Shown here: one piece after another, positions 50,229 to 64,000 of the stretch | Numbering within the stretch: the first letter of the stretch is position 1 | Layout of the letters: every line of letters starts with the position of its first letter | NCBI GenBank assembly: GCA_951406725.2 | Contig: OX597817.1 | Location: forward strand, 26,784,001-26,848,000 | Direction of reading: 5' to 3' | Origin: Octopus vulgaris | Lineage: Eukaryota | Length of the DNA stretch: 64,000 nucleotides | The notes under the pieces: model-generated | The model's database searches: none | Told to the model about the DNA's origin: nothing | The model's input: only the letters and a program-made list of their open reading frames with translations | Position numbers and translations under genes: made by a program

Positions 50229-51803
50229 GAAGAGAAAGTGGGAGAGAGAGAGAGATCTATGTACACATGCACAAGTATTTGATAGCTTTGAACATTTTTA
50301 GAATTGCCTGTACTTTTATAGACCACATTTCTCAGTATATGTGTATATATGTACTTAGTGTGTATATCTGTGTGTGCGTGAGAGTAGTGATATATCAAAT
50401 ATTTAATCACCTTGATACCAATAGATTAGAATGAATTGTAAACTGTAGAAAAGGATCAAATTCTAATATGTCTGCTCCAAGAAAGAAAAAAAAATAAAGA
50501 AAACCATGAGTAAAATACATTGGACAAGGAGACAATTCAGTGTCTGCAATATCACTTGAATGTATACCGTATGAGGTCAATGAATTACTATTCAATAACT
50601 ACACTCGAATCACACTACATAAATTAAGTATTAGTCACAAATTTAATATGAATTTTGTAACCGAAAACATGAGAACAGTTAGTGTTATATTCCACTATCT
50701 TCACATATATTTGTATAGGAAAATAAACTTTTCTCAAAATATCTAAATATTAAGCTTTGAAGAAAAGAGAAAATTGGTAAAATAAGAAGAAAAATATAAT
50801 GTTGTTCAAAATTGTTTTGGTTAATTAATGGTCTTTCTTACATTTGTCAGATCACAAGAAAATAATTAAAGTTTCTTTATAGTTTTAGATATATAGGTGC
50901 CATCTATAGAATTTCAAATTATTAGCCAAACTTTCTGTCTCGGCAGCATGTCAAGATTGCGTGAAACTGCATTCAGTTCATTAATGCTCTTCAAAATATT
51001 GATTTCTGGTTTTTTATATATTGATCTGAATTTGATGAGACTGATAATTTACAAAGAGATCAATGAAACCTAACGATTATATCTTTGTGACAACAGTTCT
51101 TCATTCTATTCAATGTCAAGATGTTTAGATTCAAGGATCAATATATAGGTTTTCAGTTTGGCTGCTGACACTATTTGAAGTTTCCTTATAATCACAAGAC
51201 GTTGGTTTGCTACAGCAAGCTATCAAGTTCTGATTGCAAATATTGGTTGTATATCTGTTTTAGTAATGACATCCTTTGTTGGCATCATTGCTCCTTTAAA
51301 CTCTTATGTTTACTCGTAGGAATCTACTCCGAATCAATAGTTTTGGTGGTGCAGGAATATAATATTTTACAGATCTGTGACATTCTAAGTTGGAAATTAA
51401 TGGACTGGATCTCTCTTCTATTTTTAAGATTCAATTACCACATATTATAGCATCAATCTAAAAGGAAACCTGAAGATTATTGAAATGAGAACTGAACAAT
51501 TGAAGCAAACTTAATGTCTCTAAGCTGTATTTCCATCTATACACATGACTGATGATGCTACTAACTGTTAAATAACAGCTGTCATTTTAAGCTTAGTATG
51601 TTCTTACTAGTAAAAGTTTTGACTCGATACCAGCAAAAAGTTTCCAAAAGTGATTTTTAGTTTACAAAGATTTCGAAAGTATTATTTCAGTATTCAAGAT
51701 TCTAATCTAATTAGTAATCTACAAGTGTAACTTTTCTCTTTCTGCCAGATATTTATATTGAAATGAAGACAAATTATATTCTAATAAGCTAGGTGAAATT
51801 CTT

Positions 51804-52260
51804 CAGGTGTGGCAGTATGGTAAGACGTTTGCTTCTCAACTACATGGTTATGGGTTCAGTCCCACTGTGTGGCACATTGGGCTGGTGGCTTCTACAATAG
51901 CCTCAGGCTGACCAAAGCCTTGTAAGTGGATTTTGGTTCATGGAAACTAAAAGAAACTCATTCTGTGTGTGTGTGGGGTGTATAAGTTTGTGTATACGTG
52001 CATATGTGTGTTTGCATGTATATGTCAGTGTATATATGTCAGTGTGTGTATGTGTGTGTTTTTGTGTCTGTTTTTATCTCCCACCACCACTTGACAGCTG
52101 GTGTTGATGTGTTTACATCACTGTATCTCAGTGATTTTGCATAAGTAATTAATAGAATAAGTATCAAGCTTTGCAAAAAAGTGATAAGTATTGGGTCAGT
52201 TCATTCAACTAAAATTTCTCCAGCATGGCCACAGTCTAATTCCTGAAACAAGTTAAAAAT
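51804..52260 (+). mobile_element. Old SINE family A
   Basis: Decayed family match. Confidence 0.8.
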
Positions 52261-52787
52261 AGAAGATCCATAGTCTTAAAATTGATGTTGAAAATGAATT
52301 TCAAATCAAACAATATTACAAATATTGTAGACAATATGCAGTGTCTAAAATATTGTATTAATGCATCACTCATGATATTTTTGATGCTAATGGTGATGGT
52401 GGGGTGGGTAGGACAAGGCTCAATACTGGTTTAATAGTAGAGAGTATGATGATTTTAAGGAAAATAAAGGTAACGATGATTCTGTTTTATTATTATATCA
52501 TGTGATATCCTAAGGTATCACTTCAACATTGGTGCCTTTGTACCTTATTTGTTCTTTACCACAATATAACACCTGACCAAGATGATTCTCTTCTGGTCCA
52601 AAATGGAGTGTCTTCTTTTGTTTCTACTAGGATTACTTGTGCTTGTAGCATATCATATTAAATTACAAATACCTATGAAACTGAGCTAAGACACATAAAC
52701 ACTATCATAACTTTGATACTCATTGGATAGAGAAGGAAAGGCAGTACCCATGACACTTTTTGGGGCCTCTGAAATTAGGAGAATAAT

Positions 52788-52949
52788 TCTTTTACTCTTT
52801 TACTTGTTTCAGTCATTTGACTGTGGCCATGCTGGAGCACCACCTTTAGGACTTATTCTTTGTTAGGACTTATTCTTTGTTAGCCTAGTACTTATTCTAT
52901 CTGTCTCTTTTACCAAACCACTAAGTTACGGGGATGTATACACACCAGT
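52788..52949 (-). mobile_element. SINE family A 3' fragment
   Basis: Family match, with an internal 17-bp duplication. Confidence 0.8.
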
Positions 52950-53263
52950 TATCCTAACTGCATGACGTTATCTTCATTTTAAGGATATGACTTTAACGTT
53001 TGCAACAGTAGGGTCTCTGCAAATGAGATCCCAATTCCAGGTAGTCATGTAAAATCAAGCAAGAAGATAAAGTACGTCACTCAAGAACAGCTACACTCCC
53101 TCCAACAGGTTTCCTCATCGTTTCTCTCATCAGACCTCACTCACTATGCTTTGACTAACAAGAGGCTATAGTAAAAGATACTTACTAAAGGGCATGTGTA
53201 GTAGTACTGAACTTCAACCCAAGTAGTCATGAAGTAATGTTTATATCCACAAGGCTATGCTTA

Positions 53264-53517
53264 GTTTTCCTTCTCGAGCCATGCCTGGCTCATAAGGACC
53301 AGTTTCCCAGTTTCCTTGAGCTGCAAGATGCTGGAGAAAAGAGTGAGAGAAAGTTGTGGCGAAAGAGTCAGCAGAAGTTTGCCATTACCTTCTGCCGGAG
53401 CCGCATAGAGCTTAGGTGTTTCACTCATAAACACACACATCACCAGGTCTGAGATCCAAACCCACAATCCCTCAACTGCGAGTCCACTGCTCTAACCAAT
53501 AGGCCATGTGCCTCCAC
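53264..53517 (-). mobile_element. SINE family C with internal deletion
   Basis: Direct repeat tccacaaggctatgctta at 53246-53263 and 53513-53530. Confidence 0.88.
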
Positions 53518-55534
53518 AAGGCTATGCTTAAATATATTGAATTAAAAATATGATTTTTGTGATCAGCTTCATGCTCTGCATATGAGACACAGTTTTACAA
53601 AACTTATTTGTAATTATTTTAATAGTTGTTTTTCATATTGCTGTTGTTGAGTGAACTCAGATGTAAATAAAAATTTGATTTATTACCTTCTTTGGAAATA
53701 TATTGCAAACTAACAATCAGGGTGACCTTGAAAATCTATATTTACCTGTACTTTCTCTACCTTATATCCTTCCGCTGCTCTTATATATATCACTCTTTAT
53801 GCAGACATTCACATACTTATATACATACATTCCCAAATGCATATAGACTCAAACACACAAATATATATTATTTACTCCACCCCACCCCCCTCTCATTTTC
53901 TCTCTCTTACTCTCTTTCTCTCGTTCTTTCTCTCTGTAATTTCATCAACTTTTGCACAATTGATAGCAACATGCAAACAAGACATTAAGTCCTTGCCATA
54001 AAGCAACAAAGGAATTTAATCCCAAAGAGGAAATAAAAAATATAAAAGAAGACAAAAGAGAGGAAGTTGAAGAAGAATGCCAATGATAATAATAATAAAT
54101 CAATCTATAATCTAGTGCTGATATCAGTAAAGTCAATAACAACTTCAATCCAGAGAATTCTCATTGGCAATTTCCAGCAGTCGGCCAATTTCCAAGCCAT
54201 TTTGGTCGGAATGACATTTTACTGATGCAGTTGCCACTGCTGTCAAACTTGGCAGGAAGAAGTTAATAGTTATTAAATCTGGTGAGCAAAATGTGTCGTA
54301 TATTTAAAATGTTTTCTTGGATTATATTGCTTATCATGGATGAGAGGCAATCAAGCTTTACAGCTGTGAAATTAATATGTGTTTCTGATTCAGAATCAGG
54401 ATATGAATAACAGAATTAAGAAACAGAATCAATAAACTCATATGCTGCTCCTTCATTTGAGAGTTCTTCATACTAGCAATGAAAATTCCCATTTCATTTA
54501 AAGTCAAAAGAATAAAAAGATGATAATGTAAAAAAAAAAAAAATGAAGAATGAACATTAAAAACAAACAAAAGAAAACTTGAAAAATTGAGGAATGAAAA
54601 TGCTTTAAATTTGATATTAAAAAAATAACTTGATATTCAGTTTTTAGTTTTTTGTTTTTTTTTCCCACTTTGCTTTGACAAAACATTTTCATAAACATGC
54701 CATACAGAACCTACGAATGTTACGAATTTTTCATTAGCCTGCACTTATGTTTAAAAAATAAACATCTAGACGTGTTCCATTACAGGTTTATTGCTCAGCT
54801 TTGTGTGGTTATTAAATATAACAATAAATTTTTACCTGATGTGGGTATTTGTATTTGCAGGTTTCTTATTTTTATTTTAATTAATTTTAGAGTATCTTGA
54901 TAATTTCCACAATTACTTGAATTGTACACATTACAAAAAATAATTTGTCTTGCAGTTGCAAATAATAACATCGTTGATTACAGAGTTCCAATGAGCCATT
55001 CTATGGCTTACTTGTGTGGCATTGTTTCTTTGAATTTTTAGAATTGTATTGATTAGTATTTTTTAGAATTTTCTCAGGAAATGGTAATTTGCATTCATGA
55101 AGTATTGTCAGTTGAATCAACTCCTGTGTGTGCCTGGTTTTATAGTAAAAAGTTTCCAGGAATAAGACAAAATAAAGCAAAAAGATTCACAGAGTATATA
55201 GTTTGTAGTTATTCGTTTTTTTACTGTAAAGAAATGGTGAGTTCAAAGTTCCAGGTAGTGGTCTTTAACAAGTAAAGGGAAAAAGAAAGAAAAAAGGAGT
55301 AAATAGGTAAAGGAAAGAAATTGTGATGAACAATCCAAGCTTTGTCAGCATCATAATATTTCCCAAGGCCACACAAGGACACACACGCACACACACATAC
55401 ACACAAACATGTGCACATTCATGCAGACACACACACATAGGTAGACATTAAAGAATAATGATGATATGTATATATATGTATATATATATATCAATGAAAC
55501 AATGGAGTCAAACAACGATTTAACAAATTTCCTT

Positions 55535-55620
55535 TATTCTCGACATATGTTTTGAAGACTGCATATTCTTAATTCCGAAGGAATAAAGGGTGCATTATGC
55601 GGTCTTCTCATCAGGAAAGA
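55535..55620 (-). ncRNA. Minimal type I hammerhead ribozyme motif (G12 mutated) in an about 175-bp TA-flanked element
   Basis: tttc-CUGAUGA-gaagaccgcata...tatgcagtcttc-aAAA-c-atat-GUC-gaga. Confidence 0.65.
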
Positions 55621-55686
55621 CAAGGAACTTATGTCAGCATCATGACGAACAAAACTTTTAGATGACTAATATATATATATATATAT

Positions 55687-55925
55687 CAGGGTTGGCCAAA
55701 AGTCACCTGACAGTAAATCAAAACCATTTAATTCCAAGATTAAAACAAAAATTATTTTATATGAGACTTTGCTAATAAATAGACAACTGTTGAAAAAAAA
55801 AATAGTGATTTTAACTGTCAGCATTCAATTATTAAACATTCATAATTGGAATGAAGAAATAAAATTGAATATTAAGTATTTATGGAGTTTTTGATTTACT
55901 GTTGAGTGACTTTTGGCCAACCCTG
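55687..55925. mobile_element. Tc1/mariner-type MITE
   Basis: About 37-bp TIRs cagggttggccaaaagtcac...agtaaatcaaaa / ttttgatttact...gtgacttttggccaaccctg|TA. Confidence 0.9.
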
Positions 55926-55949
55926 TATATATATGTACATATTGATAAA

Positions 55950-56326
55950 TGTGGAGGCACAATGGCCTAGTGGTTTGGGCAGTGGATTGACAGTCATAGT
56001 ATCATGGTTTCGATTCCCAGACTGGGCGTTGTGAGTGTTTATTGAGGGAACACACCTAAAGCTCCATGAGGCTCCAGCAGGGGATGATGTGAACCCTGTT
56101 GTACTCTCTTACCACAACTTTCACTCTTTCTTCCTGTTTCTGTTGTGCCTGTAATTTAAAGGGCCAGGCTTGTCAGATTTTTGTGTCACACTGAATCTCC
56201 CCAAGAACTACGTTTAGGGTACACGTATCTGTGGAGTGCTCAGCCACTTGCACGTTAATTTCACGATCAGGCTGTTCAGTTGATCGGATCATCTGGAACC
56301 CTTGTCATTGTAACCGACGGAGTGCC
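55950..56326 (+). mobile_element. SINE family C, tail type 2
   Basis: Matches 8797-9165. Confidence 0.88.
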
Positions 56327-57602
56327 ACAATATTTGTAAAAGGGGTGTGTACTATGACATTCTATCAAATTTATTAAAAAGGCTTTAGTGTTTGGGACTA
56401 TAGTAGGAGATACCTGGCCAGGTTTGCATACAGTGGGACTGAACTTGAGACTAGATGGTTGAGATGATGATGATGACAATGACGATGACAACAAGGATGT
56501 GTCATGAAACATATACAAAACATGAAAAGGTATGTTGGATAATTGACAACAGAGAAAATGTGGCTTTAGATGCATCGGAATGTTCAAGTGTAGTCATTCG
56601 CAAGATTGTACGCCAAACAAAATCCTTATATATAGTAGATAAAAAGTTGAAAGTAGAATAATAAATTCTTTTATTAGCCACAGGGGCATAAATGAGGGTA
56701 ACATTCCAATAAAAAGAGAAGTGATGTTCAGAAAGCTACCATTATCATGATGATGATCATCATCCGAACAGTGACGATGATGATGAAAATCATTCTCATC
56801 ATTATTGTTATTGACATCTTCCTCATCGTCGTCACCATCTTTTTTTATGCAGATTCTTCCATGTTGGTATGGGTTGGGGACATCTTTTCAAAGCAGTGTT
56901 TGTTGGTTGAATGCCCTTCTGTTGCCAACCCCTTTAGTCATGCATGAATACAGTGTACCTGTACTATAAGTCAATATACACATGATATGATTGAGTGTAT
57001 TTATTGATAAAAATCCCTTCTGCATACACATTAAAGCAGATGCATCATATGAAAGGAGTTTGAAGATGTGTAGTAGCAAAGCATGTGTATTGAATGTTGC
57101 AGACATGCAGCTGCAAGATGAAAAACCTGTATTATTAAGAAGAAGAAAAAAATAAGTACAAGTAAACTGAGAATGCAGCTGTGCATTAAATTGCACCGCT
57201 GTGGACTTGTGATATCAGCTGGGTGAAAATGTGTTTAGTTCTGAAAGTAGAAGATAACCATGGTAGAGAAATAGTAAATAATATAAAAGATGGAATGTTA
57301 GGTCGCTCTGATAAGGTGACCGACAATTAAGAGAAGTGGTAAACTGCTGCACAGAAAACCATCCAGACCATAATGATTGAATCGTCCCTAAAAAGTTGAT
57401 AACAGACGTGATGATAGTAAGGTGAGCCCATTTAACAAATCGTTAATTTAACTAATGCGATGAGGATACACTTCGTGTCAGTTACTGTGTGTTGGTAAAG
57501 AGTGTAAATTTGCTATAATTTGATATATTGTGATGAGTTAAAAGTTTTACAATATTTTTGCTAACGTATTTGCTTTACTTATTAAGCTGCAACTAAGACA
57601 GC

Positions 57603-58522
57603 CTAGCATTCAAAGTAGAGGCCATCATGCTGCACCATCTGGAGTCATCTTTCTGCTACATTTTTGTTCCCATCCTGATACCAGTTCTTGTCCTTCAAGT
57701 TGTATAACTTCACTGAAGCTACGACCTCCTCCTCCTGGTTAGTGAAGTGTTGAGAGCACAGGAAGTGAGCAATGGATTGGAACAAGTTATAACCCAAAGG
57801 AGTAATGTCTGCACTAAATGCTGTGTGTGTGGCATTATTTCAAATCCCTCAAGTTCTGAAAGTATAATCCAGGATGTTCAAGTGATATAAGGTTTTGCTT
57901 TGCCTTGCTGCAGAAGAGCTAGTTTTCTTATTTCTTTATTGCCCACAAGGGGATAAACATAGAGGGGACAAACAAGGACAGACGAACGGATTAAGTCGAT
58001 TATATCGACCCCGGTGCGTAACTGGTACTTATTTAATCGACCCCGAAAGGATGAAAGGTAAAGTCGGCCTCAGCAGAATTTGAACTCAGAACGTAACGGC
58101 AGACGAAATACGGCTACGCATTTCACCTGGCGTGCTAACGTTTCTGCCAGCTCACCGCCTTCTGCCAGCTAGTTTTCTGTTAACCAATGTTGGATAGTTT
58201 TGCTACACAGTGGCATAGAACTGTGAGGTGTCTAGCTCATCTGATGCTCCCCAAGTGCCACTCACTAGATTTGTCTCTATGGCTTAGAGCACAGCCTTAG
58301 AATACACAGTTTTAGGCCTACCCAACCTTGCCTGATCATCAAGGTTCTTGCAACCCATGTGAAAGTTTTGCACCATCTAGTTACTGTGATCACTGTGCCT
58401 TCACCTTTCTCACAACAGATGTTTTTAGTTGCTTCCATGCTGTTATGACCCAGTTCGAACTCATAAAGCATAAGCTCCCAAATTAGATCATGTTGCACAT
58501 TCTTCTGTGTTGCTTTCAACAA
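57603..58522 (-). pseudogene. Internally deleted mariner transposase remnant split by a SINE B
   Basis: N-terminus ELMLYEFELGHNSMEATKNIC..KGEGTV..VTRW; C-terminus AFSADITPLGYNLFQSIAHFL...NWYQDG...AER*...HDGLYFEC*. Confidence 0.8.
57927..58160 (-). mobile_element. SINE family B
   Basis: Family match; agctagttttct on both sides. Confidence 0.92.
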
Positions 58523-58668
58523 TCACACAGTGTGAAGCAATGCTCAGTGTGTCAGTACAAGGCATCGATGTCCACTCTGCCTTGCTAACAAAGTCTAATG
58601 ATATGAAATTGAAGATGTCCCTGTACTGCTAAATGTCACAATTACACCCTATTGCATTCTATTTGTAA

Positions 58669-58965
58669 CTAGCAGTATCATCCGGCGTTGCTCGGGTTTG
58701 TAAGGGAAATAACTATATAAGCATTTTTAGAGAGTTATAGCCAAAAAGTAGCAAAAAAATGCATTAAAAATGGAAAAAAAATTATGGTAAATTTTTTTTT
58801 AAATCGTAGACTCATCATAGACGCGTGCTAATACCCAGAAGGGCTCGATATGAATCACGACTGTAAGATACCCGTTTTTGGTTAAACTGCACCACAAAAT
58901 GTGGGGGTAGTTAGGAATCTAAATCGTAGGAGACAGACACACAACTTCACTTTTATATATAAAGA
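58669..58965 (-). mobile_element. Non-autonomous Helitron, 297 bp
   Basis: On the minus strand A|TC...CTAG|T with no TSD; matches 29934-30230. Confidence 0.9.
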
Positions 58966-60740
58966 TAAGTTTTATAATGTTAAATTCCAGGTTTGTCTCT
59001 CTTGATTTTCGTGATCAGAATGAATCACTAAACTAACAATTATTTCCTCTTCACTACAGGCATAATTATAATTAATTAGAATTTCACAGTTCTCTGTATA
59101 AATTATGTTAGCATTCACTTAACTAATTGTTTTCTATGCAGCAGGCATTTTTGGGGGTATTTTTCTCCTGCTATTCTTTAATACAGTAAACAGATACAGT
59201 TAGCTGCAAGAACCTTGTAATTGCACAACTGACAAGTGTTTTATTACACAACAATGTTGTCTTCATCGATTCTCACAAGCATTGCTAGAGAAAGTAATTG
59301 CAAAATTGCAAAATACTTTACTAAGTTCTTCCTTCTATCGTTACGTATCCCAATAACTATAGAGATTATAAAGTATCACTTTCTACAATGTTCTTACATA
59401 TAGCAACAGCCACATTAAAATACATCAAAATGAAAACACTATTTCAGTTGAAAGCATAAATAAAAGGTAAATGAAATATTTGAAAGGGAACATAGATAAA
59501 CAGGACATTATAAAAATGAAAGGAGTGAGCCTCTTTTAAGAGAACAAGGAGGTTGTTAATAGCCCTACATATACAAGATTATAAACAGAGAATGTTAAGT
59601 AAACAAGGGAATATCTAAGCCAATAGTTTCCAAATGCTGCACTGTAACACATCACTGTGCTGAAAAATGAAGCTAGGTGCCTCACAAAAATAATGAAAGA
59701 TCTTTTAGGTGTAGAATATTACAAAATGAAATTTTAGATGAATAAATCTAGATAATTAAGTTTCGTTTATTGAATAAAGAATTAACAACATAGTTACATA
59801 TAATCAAAATTATTTAAATCTTTAAACTAAAATAAATAGTTTTTTTGATACATACTTTTAGTTTATGTAGAAAGTACACCAAATTTTTTTTATTTGCTCT
59901 GAAGTGTACCATGTAAGTAATGAAAGGCTAGGAACTACTGCTAAATATAATTGCTTGATCTAGCAAATATAGCAGTCAAATCTCTCTCAATTCACACTCT
60001 AATATCTTACAAAATAACACACGAAATGATGTAGTCTTGGCACACTGTACTCAGGTAAATGTCTTCTACAGCAACTTCAGGTCACCCAAATCTGGCCATG
60101 GGAAAATATCATCTTACCTGGGAAATGGCAAAAATTGGTGACAGAAGGAGCATTTGACTGTTAAATATTAGAATTCCATCTGACATATGCAAGCATGGAA
60201 ATATAATAAATGTTAAACAATGATGATGACGATGACAACGACAATGACAATGAAGATGATGATGATGATGATGATGAGCTTTATCCCAGTTTCCATATTT
60301 TTGCTTTCTTATGGTATAATTTATCACTGCCCACTCTCACATTAAATATGCAAATATATTTTTTGATCATGATTAATCATACATCAACGAATTGCTTAAT
60401 TATAAATGTATACATGCAAAAGCAAAATGTTTATATTGTCATATACCTGCTTGCTCTCATCAACTGTAATAGCAGAATGGCATTTGCAATTTTAATTCAA
60501 GTTGAATAATTGTTGATATCTGTCTGGTCTCTGGAGTATTAACATAAATCTATTAAAATTAATTGATTATTGACTCAAAACTTTCTGGTGTTGAGTGCCC
60601 AGTTTTGCAGTTTGTTACTAATCCTCTCACTCCACTTACACACATACATATGCTTCAGTGTGTGTTTATCTTTCTGTTTGTATCTGTATAGTAATGTATA
60701 TAAATTAGTGCATCAAATATAAACACCTTATGGTACTCAG

Positions 60741-61075
60741 ATGAAGGTGCATGTCCCAGTTGTTAAAGTGTCGAGTGTTAGAGTGTGAGGTTGTGAGTTC
60801 GAATCCTGGACTGGGCTGTGTGTTGTGTTCTTGAGCAAGACACTGTATTTCATGTTGTTCCAGTTCACTCAGCTGTGGAAATGAGTTGCGATATCACAGG
60901 TGCCAAGCTGTATTGGCCCTTGCCTTTCCCTTGGATAACATTGGTGGCATGAAGAGGGGAGGCTGGTATGCATGGGCGACTACTGGTCTTCCATTAACAA
61001 CCTTGCCTGGACTTATACCTGAGAGGGTAACTTTCTAGGTGCACTCCCATGGTCAGTCATGACCGAAGGGGGTCT
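60741..61075 (+). mobile_element. SINE family C variant (CORE-like body, tail type 3)
   Basis: B box gagttcgaatcct, ttgtgttcttgagcaagacac; tail shared with 272-460. Confidence 0.8.
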
Positions 61076-61512
61076 CATATATGAAACTCAGATACTGAGT
61101 TAGGACTCTTTATACTAATCAGTGAATAAAGATCAATGAAGTGAGTACAAAGCTGAGTACTGGAACTCATACATGGTTTATTACAAAACCCTTGAAAATT
61201 AAATACAAGTATGGCTGCAATCTAAAAGCAACATTTAAATAAATAAATAAATAAATAAAAAGTAGAGAAAAATAATCTAAATAGTTCTAACTGTAACATA
61301 TACTCAATTTCCTTTCAGTCAATGTCACTTACTAATACTTTTGTCTGATTTATATGGATCAATGAGGAAGCATTGTTACTGAACATCTTTGAAAAGAGCA
61401 GCTAAATCTTCCATAGATAAGATCTGACCGTTTGATAAACAAGATTTGGGATTGTCACAACTGATTATAGGTCTACTCCATATGTGTGTGCATATTTATG
61501 TGTATTCGTGGG

Positions 61513-61547
<35 letters not shown>

Positions 61548-61626
61548 ATATATATAAATATATATATATACACATACACACACACTTGCTGCGTGTATAT
61601 ATATATATGTTGGGCATATATACTAT

Positions 61627-61998
61627 GGCACTCTGTCATTTACAACGACAAATGTTCCAGTTAATCCAATCAATGGAACAGCCTCTTCGTGAAACTAATG
61701 TGCAAGTGGCTGAGCACTCCACAGACACATGTACCTTTAATGTAGTTCTTGGGGAGATTCAGCATGACATAGAGTATGACAAGGCTGGCCCTTTGAAATA
61801 CAGGTACAACGGAGACAGGAAGAAAGAGTGAGAGAAAGTTGTGATGAAAGAGTACAGCAGGATTTGCCATCACCCCCTACCAGAGCCTCATGGAGCTTTA
61901 AGTGTTTTTGCTCAATAAATGCCCGGTCTAGGAATCGAAATCGTGATCCCACGACCGTGAGTCCGCTGCCCTAACCACTGGGCCATTGCACCTCCACT
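61627..61998 (-). mobile_element. SINE family C, tail type 2
   Basis: Matches 8797-9165. Confidence 0.88.
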
Positions 61999-62448
61999 GT
62001 GCCTATATAGTAACATTATGATCATGAAATTTTCTTTAGCTTTCTCACAGAACCCCTAGGAACCTTTTGCGGAACCCTAGGGTTCTGGGAAACCTCGGAT
62101 GAGAAATGCTGATGTACAGTGTTAGTTTAAATAAAAGCTATAGTTATAGTCTGTAGTACAGTATTACATGTAGCAAAATACTGTTTATGCACCAGTCAAT
62201 TATAGATATATCTTTTATATTTTTTAACAATCCAAGCCTGTAAATTAAATTACTTAAAATATCCATTCAAACAGAATAACTGAACTGAAAGAAAAAAATA
62301 TTTTGATTTTCATTTTTTAATATGTTGAATATTTTATTTCCTTATTTATTAAGTATTTCTAATATGAAACTGATGTCGATGATCTAATTACTGGAAATAA
62401 TATCTTCTTTAGCAATTATTATTGGGAGGGAACAAATGTTAAAAAATA

Positions 62449-62831
62449 AGACGTAAGAGTGGCTGTGTGGTAAGTAGCTTGCTTACAAACCACATGGTTC
62501 TGGGTTCAGTTCCACTACGTGGCACCTTGGGCAAGTGTCTTCTACTATAACCTCAGGCCGACCAAAGCCTTGTGAGTGGATTTGGTAGACAGAAACTGAA
62601 AGAAGCCCGTCGTATATATGTATATGTGTGTGTGTATGTTTGCGTGTCTGTGTTTGACAAGTGATGCTGGTGTGTTTATGTCCCCGTAACTTAGCGGTTC
62701 GGCAAAAGAGACCGATAGAATAAGTATTAGGCTTACAAAGAGTAAGTCCTGGGGTCGATTTGCTCGACTAAAGGCGGTGCTTCAGCATGGCCACAGTCAC
62801 ATGACTGAAACAAGTAAAAGAGTAAAGAGTA
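62449..62831 (+). mobile_element. SINE family A
   Basis: Full length. Confidence 0.92.
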
Positions 62832-63264
62832 TATCATATATTCCAAATTAAACTTTCAGACTAATTATAATTTTGTTTTTTGGGGGGGAGGGGTTTATTT
62901 AATCTCTGACTAGTTTCTCTTGTGGATGGAAGATAGCAAATGACTGAATTGGATCCAATATTCTGCTGGTATTTATTGATGTGGGTTTATAAAGGAATTC
63001 AGTTTCTGTGAGATTTGTACTTAGAAGTGTAAAGCAAAACTGAATGTCTAGACTCACTTTTGGCACAAGTAAAACCCCGTAGTTTTGAAGTTTCTTTCCT
63101 GACAACATGATTCTATATTTGAACTCATATAGCATGGTACCTTAAACAAGTGTCTTGTCTTGTAACCTCAGGTGTTAATTCAATATCTTGTGAGTGAAAG
63201 TTTTTGAGAAAAACTATTCAGAAGAGCATTTTTACATTGTACACCTATGCATATATATACATAC

Positions 63265-63361
63265 ATTCATCATCATCATTATCATCATGATCATCATCAT
63301 CATGATCATCATCATCACGATCATGATCATGATCATCATCACCATCACCACCACCACCACC
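63265..63361. repeat. (CAT)/(CAC) microsatellite
   Basis: Direct inspection. Confidence 0.95.
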
Positions 63362-63549
63362 CCAACTATTTCCTTATGTATGCACAGGGTTCTAATACCA
63401 CCAGAACACATAACGTTGTACAAAAGTCAATGACATATTCAATAAAAGCCCTGGAAAATTAATCAGGCCCTTAGCGAAGGACCTCAGGGTTTCAGAATGC
63501 ACCATAAGAAGAGTTGCACATGAGGATATATGGTACAAGTCATATGTGA

Positions 63550-63779
63550 GGCGGTGAGCTGGCAGAAACGTTAGCACACCGGGCGAAATGCGTAGCCGTA
63601 TTTCATCTGCCATTACGTTCTGAGTTCAAATTCCGTCGAGGTCAACTTTGCCTTACATCTTTTCGGGGTCAATAAATTAAGTACCAGTTACGCACTCGGA
63701 TCGATATAAACGACTTAATCCGTTGTCTGTCCTTGTTTGTCCTCTCTGTGTTTAGCCCCTTGTGGGTAGTAAAGAAATA
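63550..63779 (+). mobile_element. SINE family B
   Basis: 18-bp TSD ggtacaagtcatatRtga at 63532-63549 and 63780-63797. Confidence 0.93.
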
Positions 63780-64000
63780 GGTACAAGTCATATATGATGC
63801 TGAGGGGTCAGTTTATGCCAGATGTGACAATGTAGACTTGTTTAATCAGGGCAAAGTGTTTGCTAAACAAGTTGAAACACCAAGAGGCTGGAATACTTTA
63901 GTTTTCCTCCAATGAGAAAAACTTTGATTAGTACTAAACATAAGCTGCAGGGACAATAGACTGCTATGCAGAGACCTGAATGAAGTTCCAACAGTCGTGT

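Noticed and set aside
53105-53140. Minus-strand ctgatga...gaaac as a hammerhead (also ctgatga near 15905 and 16546)
   Set aside because: No stem II or stem I/III pairing in either the normal or the permuted arrangement.
54128-54286. Possible exon (cag|...|gtgag)
   Set aside because: Stops in all three frames and no polypyrimidine tract.

Overview
AT-rich, repeat-dense eukaryotic DNA, most consistent with a cephalopod (Octopus-like) genome. That assignment rests on recall of the SINE families and was not verified by a search. I can support no intact host protein-coding gene or exon: almost all ORFs in the track are microsatellite or SINE artefacts. The window holds three tRNA-type SINE families (about 35 copies), many RTE-clade LINE 3' ends with (GAT)n tails, an RTE endonuclease 5' fragment and two R4/Dong-type fragments. 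It also holds decayed mariner and maT/DD37D-like transposons, Tc1/pogo/piggyBac-type MITEs, Helitron-type elements, a solo LTR and a U6 snRNA pseudogene abutting a SINE. The most striking observation is a recurrent hammerhead-ribozyme-like motif with its three strands in a NON-circularly permuted order (NUH+stem I, then GAAA+stem III, then stem I+CUGANGA). It is intact at 14492-14554 (-) and recurs with covarying stems in three other diverged short elements associated with (TA)n tracts (5345, 6856, 22521/23291). Two conventional minimal Penelope-type hammerheads also occur. Repeat boundaries were read by eye and are approximate to within a few to tens of bases unless termini are quoted.
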